The notes beneath the pieces were generated by a model. That model was not told the origin of the DNA, did not search any database, and worked only from the letters and a program-made list of their open reading frames with translations. A stretch of DNA of 64,000 nucleotides from a virus. Its lineage: Duplodnaviria > Caudoviricetes. Positions 53,124 through 61,232 of this stretch are shown piece after piece. The stretch covers positions 21,907 to 85,906 of IMG/VR virus record IMGVR_UViG_2882837327_000001; one strand, given 5' to 3'. Position numbers and translations under genes: made by a program. Each line of letters starts with the position of its first letter. The first letter of the stretch is position 1.

Positions 53124-55030
53124 GGACGGCCCCAGCTCTTCAGGAAGAAGAGGGCCCGCCCTGGCCAGCCGCCTTTTTGGAAGCGAGGAGATCCTGCAGG
53201 TACTTGGGCAGCTTGGCCGTTGGTGTCCGAACGGGCGGCCGGCAGTCCTGGCTGTCCATCTTTTCCAGCATTTCCGCCGTCAGCTTGCTTTTCACGAGTT
53301 TGGTTGTCGCGTTCATTTTTGGGGCTCTCCGCAATTAGGGTGGGGCCGCTCCCGTCGCGGTTCTGATTATCGCGGAAGCTCCACGCATCCGCAATATCCT
53401 TCACCTGGTCGAACGCGGCTTCGTTCTGGGTGTTGCCCAAGATGACCGTGGGCGGGACATAGCGGCCAGTCGGGCCGAGGAAGCGTTTCACCGCACGCTT
53501 CGCTGCTTCAGCGCGCGGCAGGTGCATGTAATGAGCCTCCACGCGGTATCCGCCATCCTTGAATGCCTGGGCCAGCGCGACGGCCTTCTTGGGGGTCTTC
53601 ATGGTCGCGTCGTGGACAATGTTCAGCCCGAGATCCTGAGCCACCTGCGTGATCTGGTCGAACAGGTCGCCGGATTCCTCGTGGACCTGATAGGCATTCC
53701 ACCCCTCGTATTCGGGCAGCATGTGCTTGATCTCGTCGGCGTCCAGCACGATGGCCTTGGTCGGATCGTAGACTTTCCCGCTGAACCAGGATTTGCCTGA
53801 GCCACCGCGACCGCCCAGGATGGTGAAAGTCGGCTTCTCGCCAGCCGCAGGCGTGGCGGCAGCGATCTTCTCGGGTGAAAGGAAGTGCGCCACGATCTTA
53901 CCGTGGAGCTCCTTACGCTCCGGCGTGTAATCGCCGTCCTTGTAGTGCTGGGTCTTCGTCTCAGTGACCCCGGCCAGTTTGTTGTCGATGGCCGCCATCT
54001 TGCTGGCGGTATCAGGCGGGAAATTGGCCAGCACCGAATGCACCGTCGCATCGTCCGGCGCGTCGAACTTCGCGAAGTGCCCGGCAGCCGAGAAGCCCGC
54101 ACCACCCTTCGGATCGGCGCCAGCAGAGCCGGGCCGGTGGTCAGGGTAGTCCAGCTTGTCAGGATCGAGGGGCTTACCCTTCCCGTCCTTCTTCCCATCA
54201 TCGCCGCCGTCATTGCCGCCACCGCCACCGCCGCCGCCAGCGGCCGGCTTCGGCTTATCCAGCGCGTCATGAGTGACCTGGTGTGTCTGCCCAGCGGCAT
54301 CACGCAGGGTTACGCCATCCTTCCCGGAGGAGACGATCTTACCTTCGCCTCGCACGTCGCCGTGCTGAAAGCCCACGCTGTCGCCGATCTTATGGTGCGG
54401 CGCATTGGTGAAGTCTTCCAGGTCGGTCTGCCGAGGGTCATGGATCACCCCCTCATCCTGCTGGCCAGGCTTGCGTGGCTGTTTCGCGTCCGGCGCGCTG
54501 CGCACCCATCGCTTGGTCTGGTGCCCTGCCTTGTCGGTGGTGTCGCGCAGCGCCAGCCCGGGCCTGTTGGCAATGCCGGCCTTCAGGAACATCACCTGCT
54601 TCCCGCCACTCAGCGCCTTGGCCAGGCGATCGAGGCCGTCCATCAGCGGGTCAGCGATTGGGTGTGCAGGATTCGCCGCCGGCGCAGCGGCGTTGCCTCC
54701 CGCATCACCCGCGAGAAACCTGCGCCTGCCCTTATCGTCCTGCACGATGGAACCCTCTTGCCCCTTGTCGATAACGTCGAAATTCATCGCCACCCGGCTC
54801 TTGTGGCCAAGCATCGCGTTCCAGCGCAGCGGATGGCGCTTTCCATCAGCAGCCTCGCCGGTGAAGCCATCACGGCCATGCGCCAGCACGCGCACAGCCA
54901 TCGGCCCGCGCTCGGGGTGGTGCGCGTAAACTTCGTCGCCCACCTCCACGGTGCTGGCGCGCGGGTCGGGCTTCACGGTGGCGGCAGGTTTCCGCGGCTG
55001 CGCGCCAGCCTGGCGTGCGCCTGCCATCAC
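53120..55030 (-). CDS. Multidomain protein: two SH3/Tudor-like modules plus zeta-toxin-like P-loop kinase
   Basis: GGRGGSGKS; LDADEIK; IVHDATM; GGYRVEAHYMH; AVKRFLGPTGRYVP. Confidence 0.85.
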   Translation of the reverse strand: MMAGARQAGAQPRKPAATVKPDPRASTVEVGDEVYAHHPERGPMAVRVLAHGRDGFTGEAADGKRHPLRWNAMLGHKSRVAMNFDVIDKGQEGSIVQDDKGRRRFLAGDAGGNAAAPAANPAHPIADPLMDGLDRLAKALSGGKQVMFLKAGIANRPGLALRDTTDKAGHQTKRWVRSAPDAKQPRKPGQQDEGVIHDPRQTDLEDFTNAPHHKIGDSVGFQHGDVRGEGKIVSSGKDGVTLRDAAGQTHQVTHDALDKPKPAAGGGGGGGGNDGGDDGKKDGKGKPLDPDKLDYPDHRPGSAGADPKGGAGFSAAGHFAKFDAPDDATVHSVLANFPPDTASKMAAIDNKLAGVTETKTQHYKDGDYTPERKELHGKIVAHFLSPEKIAAATPAAGEKPTFTILGGRGGSGKSWFSGKVYDPTKAIVLDADEIKHMLPEYEGWNAYQVHEESGDLFDQITQVAQDLGLNIVHDATMKTPKKAVALAQAFKDGGYRVEAHYMHLPRAEAAKRAVKRFLGPTGRYVPPTVILGNTQNEAAFDQVKDIADAWSFRDNQNRDGSGPTLIAESPKNERDNQTREKQADGGNAGKDGQPGLPAARSDTNGQAAQVPAGSPRFQKGGWPGRALFFLKSWGRP

Positions 55031-56787
55031 TCGCCCCCGATCTGGTAGATCAGCGGGATGGACTTGCCGAAGTCACGGCCTTCGCCTGGCTGGCCGAAGT
55101 CGCCACCGCCAGGCGGCGGAGCATCCATGCTAGCCGGCTTGGCATCCATGCTATCCGCCCCCACCACCGCATCATCGTCCAGGCCGGGACTGCCGTTGTG
55201 ACCAGGGCCAGGGCCTTCGGCATCCGGGTCGCCGAAATCGCCTCCGCCACCGCCGAAATCGTCACCCTGGCCGGGCTGTTGTTGCAGCGTTCCCTGGTAG
55301 ACGGTCATCAGGGCGGGGTTCAGCGGTGCGGCGCCCAGCTTCGGATCCGGGTGCACGCCTAGGCCCTGCTCGGCGCGCAATTCATCGACGGTCATGGTCA
55401 GCTTCTTGCCTTCCCACTCCCGCGCCTGGTCGCGCTCATCGAGGCCAATCCAGCGGAAGCAGTATTTGTCGCTGAAGTCGGTGACGACGAAATCGGTCAG
55501 TGTCTGCTCGAAGTAGCTCAGCAGCGGGCGCAGGCCCTTGTCCTTCGAGGCGGCCAGCTTCTCGGTGGTGTCGCTGCCGGAGAGCGAGGAGCTGCCGTTG
55601 GTGAAGCTCTCGAAATTGATCTCGTCTGGCGCCATGCCATAGATCGCGCAGATGAGGCTGGTCAGGAAGGTCATCCACTTCGAGAAATACATCTCGTTGA
55701 ACTCGACGCCGAACCGCTCGAAGCTGGCCTTGCCGTCCGGATCCTTGTTGACCATCACGGGCAGGCCGAAGGCGTTTTTCGCCCCGGTGGTCATCTGCTT
55801 CCAGTAGCGCTTGAAGGCCGCCAGCTCGGCGTCACCGTAGTCGCCCACCAGGTGGAGCATGCCGCGCGGGATGCTGTTCTGCTCGAAGCCCGCGATGTTC
55901 AGCGTCATCGCGTTCAGGAAGCCGGTGACGGTCTGCACCAGCACCTCGGTCTCGCTGAAGCCGTAGCCGCCATACCGGACATCGGCGCAAGCGTTGCGCG
56001 GTTCGTAAATCAGCGCGTCGGGCTGGTAGGCGGTGGTGACGCGCCCGTTGACCACCTGGACCGCCACCGCGTCCGGATACTCGGGGTGCCCGTCATCGGT
56101 GCAGAGGCGGATGGTGCTGCCGTCGAGCGCATAGAGGCCGTCGATGCCGAGGCTCCGATCGCGCTTCATCTCCGTCTCGATCGCGGCCGCGTCCATGGCC
56201 AGGGTGTCGAAGACGAGCTTGCCCATGAAGGTGGGGAAGTTGTCCCGCTTCAGCGCCTTGCGCTTCCGAGGGCTCCACTCGAATCCGCAATGCTGGAAGA
56301 AGCGCGTCAGGCGCGCGATCGAGGCCTCTTCCTCCGGCGCCAGCTCGTGCTTCGGGTCCACATGACGGATCGCGAAGCCCAGGCCGCCATCCTCGGAAGG
56401 GCTGCAGAAGCGCGCGACCTGGCGCTGGCGCGTCCACACCACGGCGGAGAGGACGGGGGTGCGACGCACCATGTCGCGCATGGTCTCGGGGGAAAGCAGG
56501 CCCGGCCGGTCGTAGTAGCCGCCCTGCAACGCCAGTTGGAGGTCATCGCGATCAAGCGACTGCATCCCGCGCCGCTCGGGCATGTGGACGCGGGTGCCCG
56601 GGAACGGGATGACGTTCTGCGCCTTCAGCAAGTCGAGGGATTCGCGGATCTGGTCCACCACTTCAGGTGAGAACAGGTCGCCGGCGGCCGGCATGCTGGC
56701 CCGGGTTAGCTGCGTCTCCGCATCCCGAACCTCCATGGCGGGGGCGCGGGGATCGGTCGCGACACTGCGGGCATCATCGGAAGACAT
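55027..56787 (-). CDS. Portal protein
   Basis: LYALDGSTIR; YGGYGFSETE; NSIPRGML; MTVDELRAEQG. Confidence 0.92.
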   Translation of the reverse strand: MSSDDARSVATDPRAPAMEVRDAETQLTRASMPAAGDLFSPEVVDQIRESLDLLKAQNVIPFPGTRVHMPERRGMQSLDRDDLQLALQGGYYDRPGLLSPETMRDMVRRTPVLSAVVWTRQRQVARFCSPSEDGGLGFAIRHVDPKHELAPEEEASIARLTRFFQHCGFEWSPRKRKALKRDNFPTFMGKLVFDTLAMDAAAIETEMKRDRSLGIDGLYALDGSTIRLCTDDGHPEYPDAVAVQVVNGRVTTAYQPDALIYEPRNACADVRYGGYGFSETEVLVQTVTGFLNAMTLNIAGFEQNSIPRGMLHLVGDYGDAELAAFKRYWKQMTTGAKNAFGLPVMVNKDPDGKASFERFGVEFNEMYFSKWMTFLTSLICAIYGMAPDEINFESFTNGSSSLSGSDTTEKLAASKDKGLRPLLSYFEQTLTDFVVTDFSDKYCFRWIGLDERDQAREWEGKKLTMTVDELRAEQGLGVHPDPKLGAAPLNPALMTVYQGTLQQQPGQGDDFGGGGGDFGDPDAEGPGPGHNGSPGLDDDAVVGADSMDAKPASMDAPPPGGGDFGQPGEGRDFGKSIPLIYQIGGE

Positions 56788-56811
56788 GACCCCAGCGTCG
56801 CGTCACGACGC
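56788..56811 (-). promoter_or_regulatory. Late-promoter motif copy 12 (56802-56809; ATG 56787 at 14 nt); supplies the TerL stop
   Basis: GCGTCGTGAC GCG A CGC T GGGGTC ATG. Confidence 0.8.
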
Positions 56812-58848
56812 CGGGATGTATGCGAAGCAGGCGGGCGCATTCGCCTGCGTTCTGAACTCGCGCGCCGTGCAGTGCCCATCCCGGAACGCCTCGCACGCAC
56901 CGCAGGTGTTCGGCGCCGCCTCCTCGATCATGGCCTGGATGCTGGGCGGCAAGCCGGGCGTGTCCAGCAAGCTGGTCTGCTCGGGCGGCTTAAGCGGATC
57001 CGGCGCGCCATTCTCCAGGAGCATGAAGGTGGTGCCGCCGCCGTTGCGGATCCAGGCGATGTCGCACAGCATGTTGGCGAAGCTGAAGTGCGGGTCGAGC
57101 CCCACCTTCTGCACCTTGCCCACGGGCTTCCGGGTCTTTTCGTCCTGTTCCATCACCAGCGCCGTCTTGGTGAAGTGGTCGAACACCCAATCCTGGCAGA
57201 TAGGGATGCGGTGCTCGCCCTTGGTGTCCTGGACCATCTGTTCCAGCGCCGCTGGATCCGGGAACAGGCAGCCGCCGTCACGGAGGCGGAACAGGGCCAT
57301 CTGCATGGCCTTGTACTGCTGGATGGTGACGGTCCACCGGCTGCGGTCGCTCTCGGCCGTCCGGCGATCGCTCTTCGTGAGATCGTCACCCCAGACCAGC
57401 ATGTCGTCGCGAAGGTTCGCATAGCCGGCGAGATAGACGCGGCGCGGGAACCTGGCGGCCAGCTTTCGGGCCTCGTTGGCATTCGGGAGCTGTTCGATAA
57501 CGCAGAGCTGGACGCCATACTGGTCCATGAGCTCGGCGGTGCGCCCGAAGGCCTCGTTGCCGAACACCGCCTCCACATGCAGCACCCCCTGGCGGCCATC
57601 GGGCAGCCGGCCCTTGATGATGTGGACGTTGAAGCCGCCCATCTGGTCCACGCCCATGAAGGTGCCGCGTCCAGACTTCTGCCAGGTCAGCCCCATCTCC
57701 ATGCCCTTTCGGGCGGCCTCACGCAGGTGGGCCAGGGTGACGGGGAGCTGATCGGCGTCGATGTAGGGCCGCGCCAGCGTGCGGTTGTAGAAGCTCTTCT
57801 TCTGGTCGCCCGTCTTCGCCCGGTTGAAGTCCGTCACCAGGTCGCGGGCGGTCATCTTCGGGCTGATGGTGCGCGGAAGGAGGAAGCTGCGCACGCCGGT
57901 CAGCGCCAGGTTGCCGGGCTGCTGCGGAATGTAGCGCCCGATTTGGGCATCTCGGATCCAAGCCCGGCAGCGCGGGCAGACATAGACGAACTCGTTGTGG
58001 GGGGCGTGCGCCACCTGGCCGGTGTTGTAGGCGGTGGATTTGCCCGGGAAGATCCCGCCCGGGTCGGAAAGGTCGCTTTCCTCGCCGCATTCCAGGCAGC
58101 GGGTGTGCCACACCTCCTGGTTGCCTTGCAGATACCAGTAGTTGATGTCCAGCTCCGGCTGGTTGGCGGTGCTGAGCATGAGGGTGAACCGGAGATCGCT
58201 GTCGCCCATGCGGGCGATCACCTTGTCGATGTGGGCCAGGGCCATCTCCTGCACCTCATCGAGGCTCACGATGTCCATGGGCCGGCTCTCGGTGGTCACA
58301 CGGCCACTGGTCCAGAGGAACATCAGAAGCGATTCACCGAATTGGCGGGTCAGAACGTTGCCCTCGCCGATCTTCTTCTTGCTGCCGTCCACCTCCTGGC
58401 GGGTGATCAGCCGCTCATAGAGCATCGGCGCCGAGCGAAGGATGGCCATAAAGCGCTGCTCGGATTTGAAGCCGGCGGTGGACTGGTCGGGCATGAACAT
58501 GCCGATGTTCACCGGGCTGAACTTGAGGCTCATGTAGAGCTGGGCCAGCACCTCCCACACCGTCAGGCCAAGCTGCGTCGCCTTCTGGATCACCAGCTTC
58601 TGCTTGAAGGCCTCGGCGCGGGTGGTGGGGATGGCCTCATAGATCGGGCGCAGCGCGGGCCGATCGGCCAGGCTGAACGGGCGCCGATCGACCTTCAGGC
58701 CCTTCGAGCCAAGATCCTCCACCCACTGGATGAAGGTCATCTCCTCGGGGATGGATCCCGTCTGCGCGTAGCCCTTCTCGGCGGCGAACAGGGCCAGCCG
58801 CCGCGAGAACTGCTGAATAGCCTGGTCGGCAATGCTGGTGCGGGCCAT
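56803..58848 (-). CDS. terL: Terminase large subunit (GpA-like)
   Basis: QKATQLGLT (Walker A variant), VSLDEVQ (Walker B), LSTA, GVDQMG (RNase H fold), DPHFSFA. Confidence 0.92.
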   Translation of the reverse strand: MARTSIADQAIQQFSRRLALFAAEKGYAQTGSIPEEMTFIQWVEDLGSKGLKVDRRPFSLADRPALRPIYEAIPTTRAEAFKQKLVIQKATQLGLTVWEVLAQLYMSLKFSPVNIGMFMPDQSTAGFKSEQRFMAILRSAPMLYERLITRQEVDGSKKKIGEGNVLTRQFGESLLMFLWTSGRVTTESRPMDIVSLDEVQEMALAHIDKVIARMGDSDLRFTLMLSTANQPELDINYWYLQGNQEVWHTRCLECGEESDLSDPGGIFPGKSTAYNTGQVAHAPHNEFVYVCPRCRAWIRDAQIGRYIPQQPGNLALTGVRSFLLPRTISPKMTARDLVTDFNRAKTGDQKKSFYNRTLARPYIDADQLPVTLAHLREAARKGMEMGLTWQKSGRGTFMGVDQMGGFNVHIIKGRLPDGRQGVLHVEAVFGNEAFGRTAELMDQYGVQLCVIEQLPNANEARKLAARFPRRVYLAGYANLRDDMLVWGDDLTKSDRRTAESDRSRWTVTIQQYKAMQMALFRLRDGGCLFPDPAALEQMVQDTKGEHRIPICQDWVFDHFTKTALVMEQDEKTRKPVGKVQKVGLDPHFSFANMLCDIAWIRNGGGTTFMLLENGAPDPLKPPEQTSLLDTPGLPPSIQAMIEEAAPNTCGACEAFRDGHCTAREFRTQANAPACFAYIPAS

Positions 58849-59417
58849 CAGATGCCGAATTGGCGGGTGACGGCGCGCAGCCGGCCGAGCACGCGCGCCT
58901 GGAGCTCGGGGCTTTCTCGGTTCAGCTCTTCGAGCATCATGTTGATGAAGGTGTCGAGCCGGTGGGCGTCGTGGAGCTGGCTGTTCAGTGTCAGCGAGGC
59001 CTGGATGGCCCGGATCATCTTGTCCGCCGCCTGCAGCGTCAGCTTGGGATTTCTGGGCTTCGTCGCATCCTCACCGCGCGCATAGGCCAGAACGCCCTCG
59101 ATGGCCTGCAACGAGACGGACAGCTTATCGAAGACCGCGAGGTGCGAGAGGCTGATGGAACTGGCGGCCGCGCCGGACATCCCGCCGGCGGCACCAGCTT
59201 GGGCGTCCGCCGCGGCGCGCTTCACCTGGCCCGTTTTAAAGGCGTGGTCGATCCATCGGCCGATGGTGCTGCGCGGCAGGTCTTGAAACTGCCGGCAGAT
59301 GGCTGCCTTCAGCTTAGCAGGATCTGCCCCGTCTTCGAGATATTGGGCCACCGCCACAACCACCTGCGCTCGCTGGGCGGCGCGTTCGGCTTCGTCCCCG
59401 GCCGCGTCATCGGTCAT
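58848..59417 (-). CDS. Putative terminase small subunit (N-terminal HTH)
   Basis: Directly upstream of and overlapping TerL; LPRSTIGRWI helix. Confidence 0.7.
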   Translation of the reverse strand: MTDDAAGDEAERAAQRAQVVVAVAQYLEDGADPAKLKAAICRQFQDLPRSTIGRWIDHAFKTGQVKRAAADAQAGAAGGMSGAAASSISLSHLAVFDKLSVSLQAIEGVLAYARGEDATKPRNPKLTLQAADKMIRAIQASLTLNSQLHDAHRLDTFINMMLEELNRESPELQARVLGRLRAVTRQFGI

Positions 59418-59919
59418 TGCGTCGCTCGGTGGCGGCCGAGATGAAGGCCTTCACATCCGGCAGCCAGGCGCCGTAGCGGCGCACCACCTCGTTGAACTCC
59501 TCGATGTCGTGGGGTCGGATGGCCCAGACGGGGAGACCTTCAGCGTCGAAGCGGGGTTCGCCATCCTTATCCAGCGCCTGCATGCAGTGCATGAGCTCGT
59601 GGAAGATCAGCGCCTCGCGCTGGCGCTCGCTGGCTTCCTCCCAGAACTCGGCGTCCAGGGTCAGGATGAAGGCGGGGATGGAGCCGTGGAACTCTTCCAG
59701 CAGCCACATGCCGAGCTGGGCATAGGCACCCTGGAATCCAGGTAGACCCATGCTGCCGAGCTCGCGCTTCCCGCCGCGCAGCTTCGGCACATGGCGCATC
59801 AACACCAGGATGTCGGGCTTGGCGATCCGGAGCGTGTCGAAGTCCTCGGCGCACTCGATCAGCCGCTCCATGATGGGGCGAGGATCGTTCGGGCCTTCTG
59901 GGGCGGGGGCGAAGGTCAC
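59407..59919 (-). CDS. Phage putative metallopeptidase
   Basis: LIFHELMHC...HDIEEFNEVVRRYG. Confidence 0.85.
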   Translation of the reverse strand: MTFAPAPEGPNDPRPIMERLIECAEDFDTLRIAKPDILVLMRHVPKLRGGKRELGSMGLPGFQGAYAQLGMWLLEEFHGSIPAFILTLDAEFWEEASERQREALIFHELMHCMQALDKDGEPRFDAEGLPVWAIRPHDIEEFNEVVRRYGAWLPDVKAFISAATERRNDR

Positions 59920-59925
59920 GGCACC

Positions 59926-60207
59926 TCAGCACGCCACCCACACTACCGCGCGGCGGCCGGCCGCAGTCAGCCGGAAGCGGTCGGTGCGCTGGACCGAGCC
60001 CTTATCAAACAGCTCCACCCGCCGCGGGCGATAGGTGTTGCCGGAGAGGCCTAGAGCGTTCTGCCCTTCCTCGTCCGTGCAGCCGAGGGCGCCACAGCGG
60101 CGGATGTAGTCACCGACCAGGCGCCGAAGGCGGTTCGTGTCCGTCTCGATCGCATATGCGGCGGCCTGGGATGTGGGGCTGTTCGGCTGGAACGGCGCTT
60201 CGGTCAT
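59926..60207 (-). CDS. Winged-helix protein
   Basis: GCTDEEGQNALGLSGNTYRPRRVELFDKG...RLTAAGRRAVVW. Confidence 0.75.
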   Translation of the reverse strand: MTEAPFQPNSPTSQAAAYAIETDTNRLRRLVGDYIRRCGALGCTDEEGQNALGLSGNTYRPRRVELFDKGSVQRTDRFRLTAAGRRAVVWVAC

Positions 60208-60209
60208 GG

Positions 60210-60482
60210 TCAAGCCTTCACGGGCGCGGCGCGCCGAATGACGATCCTGGCAGGGCAGGCAGCGGTGGGGGTCGGGTTGACCTCGCAACGAAACGGAAAC
60301 AGCTTCGGCCCGGCCTTCAGCCCGCAGCCGCAGATCGCGCTGACGGCGCCGGTGGCGGCAGCACCGCAGTGGTGGCAGACCACCTCCCTGCCCCGCCCCA
60401 TGATGCGGCCGCCGCAAAACCGGCAGGCATGGTCGAGAGGGGCCCAGCCCCCCGCGCCCTCAGAAGAAGGCAAGCTGTTCAC
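60210..60482 (-). CDS. Small Cys-rich Zn-binding protein
   Basis: CRFC, CHHC, CGC motifs. Confidence 0.7.
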   Translation of the reverse strand: MNSLPSSEGAGGWAPLDHACRFCGGRIMGRGREVVCHHCGAAATGAVSAICGCGLKAGPKLFPFRCEVNPTPTAACPARIVIRRAAPVKA

Positions 60483-61104
60483 CCTTCAGCGCGTTGGCGA
60501 AAGTCGGGATCACCGTGTTTCCGAAGCCCGCCCGCCGCCACTGGCGCCGATAGCGGGGGCGCCGGCTGGCGCCAGCAAAGCCCGGCCCGAGCTCGGGCAG
60601 CGCGTCGTCGGGGATCGGGCCCAGCCGGTGAAATCCGATGACGGTAGCGGCGCCGGCGGTCTCTTTGGCCGCAATCAACATGGCCTCCACCCGCGACGAG
60701 ACCGATCCATAGCGGCGGTGCAGCGGCTGGGTGGAGGAAATGACAATGGAAATGGGGTGGAGGGCTGCCGCCAGCCCGGGCACCTTCCCCCGTGCGTCGC
60801 GCCCCCGCGCTACCTCGCGCTGCCGGTTGTAGCAGGAGATGCAGTAGAGGCCGCGGATGAGGCGCCGGTCGCCCGCCGTGCATCGCACGCACAGCGGTTC
60901 GAGCTCCCGGGCGCGGGCAGCAACTGCAGCTTTCTCGGGGTCTACGCCGGCGTGACGCGCGCCAATTGGGCACCCGATGCAGGCGTTCCGCGTCTCGCCT
61001 AGCTGAGGTGGGCGCTTCTCGACGGATAGCCAGAGGCGGGCACAGCCTGCCGTCGAGAGACGCGACCTGGTGCGCTCACATTGAAAGAATTCGAGCCCGA
61101 GCAT
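60460..61104 (-). CDS. Multi-CxxC Zn-binding protein
   Basis: CIGC, CVRC, CISC; ends EQLAFF. Confidence 0.75.
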   Translation of the reverse strand: MLGLEFFQCERTRSRLSTAGCARLWLSVEKRPPQLGETRNACIGCPIGARHAGVDPEKAAVAARARELEPLCVRCTAGDRRLIRGLYCISCYNRQREVARGRDARGKVPGLAAALHPISIVISSTQPLHRRYGSVSSRVEAMLIAAKETAGAATVIGFHRLGPIPDDALPELGPGFAGASRRPRYRRQWRRAGFGNTVIPTFANALKGEQLAFF

Positions 61105-61113
61105 GCCCCACCC

Positions 61114-61232
61114 CCGAAGGAATATCCCTCATGCTCATGGAGGAATACGCCGGCATCCTCCACGCCGCAAGATAAGATCTCCCCCCACATGGAGGTTCTG
61201 CAATCCTACACTTATGAAGGATTTGGACGAAT
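61114..61232. promoter_or_regulatory. Operator-like cluster D upstream of the terminase operon
   Basis: CCGAAGG-AATAT-CCCTCAT (61114), ATGGAGG-AATAC (61137), CCTCCAC (61157), ATGGAGG (61189), ATGAAGG-ATTTG-GACGAAT (61214). Confidence 0.7.

Noticed and set aside
56803-58848. Intein or intron in TerL, portal or helicases
   Set aside because: Lengths and motif spacing look continuous; no C...HN-[CST] junctions or LAGLIDADG motifs seen
60733-60742. Operator-like GGAGGAAATG
   Set aside because: Inside the 60460..61104 CDS with no cluster around it
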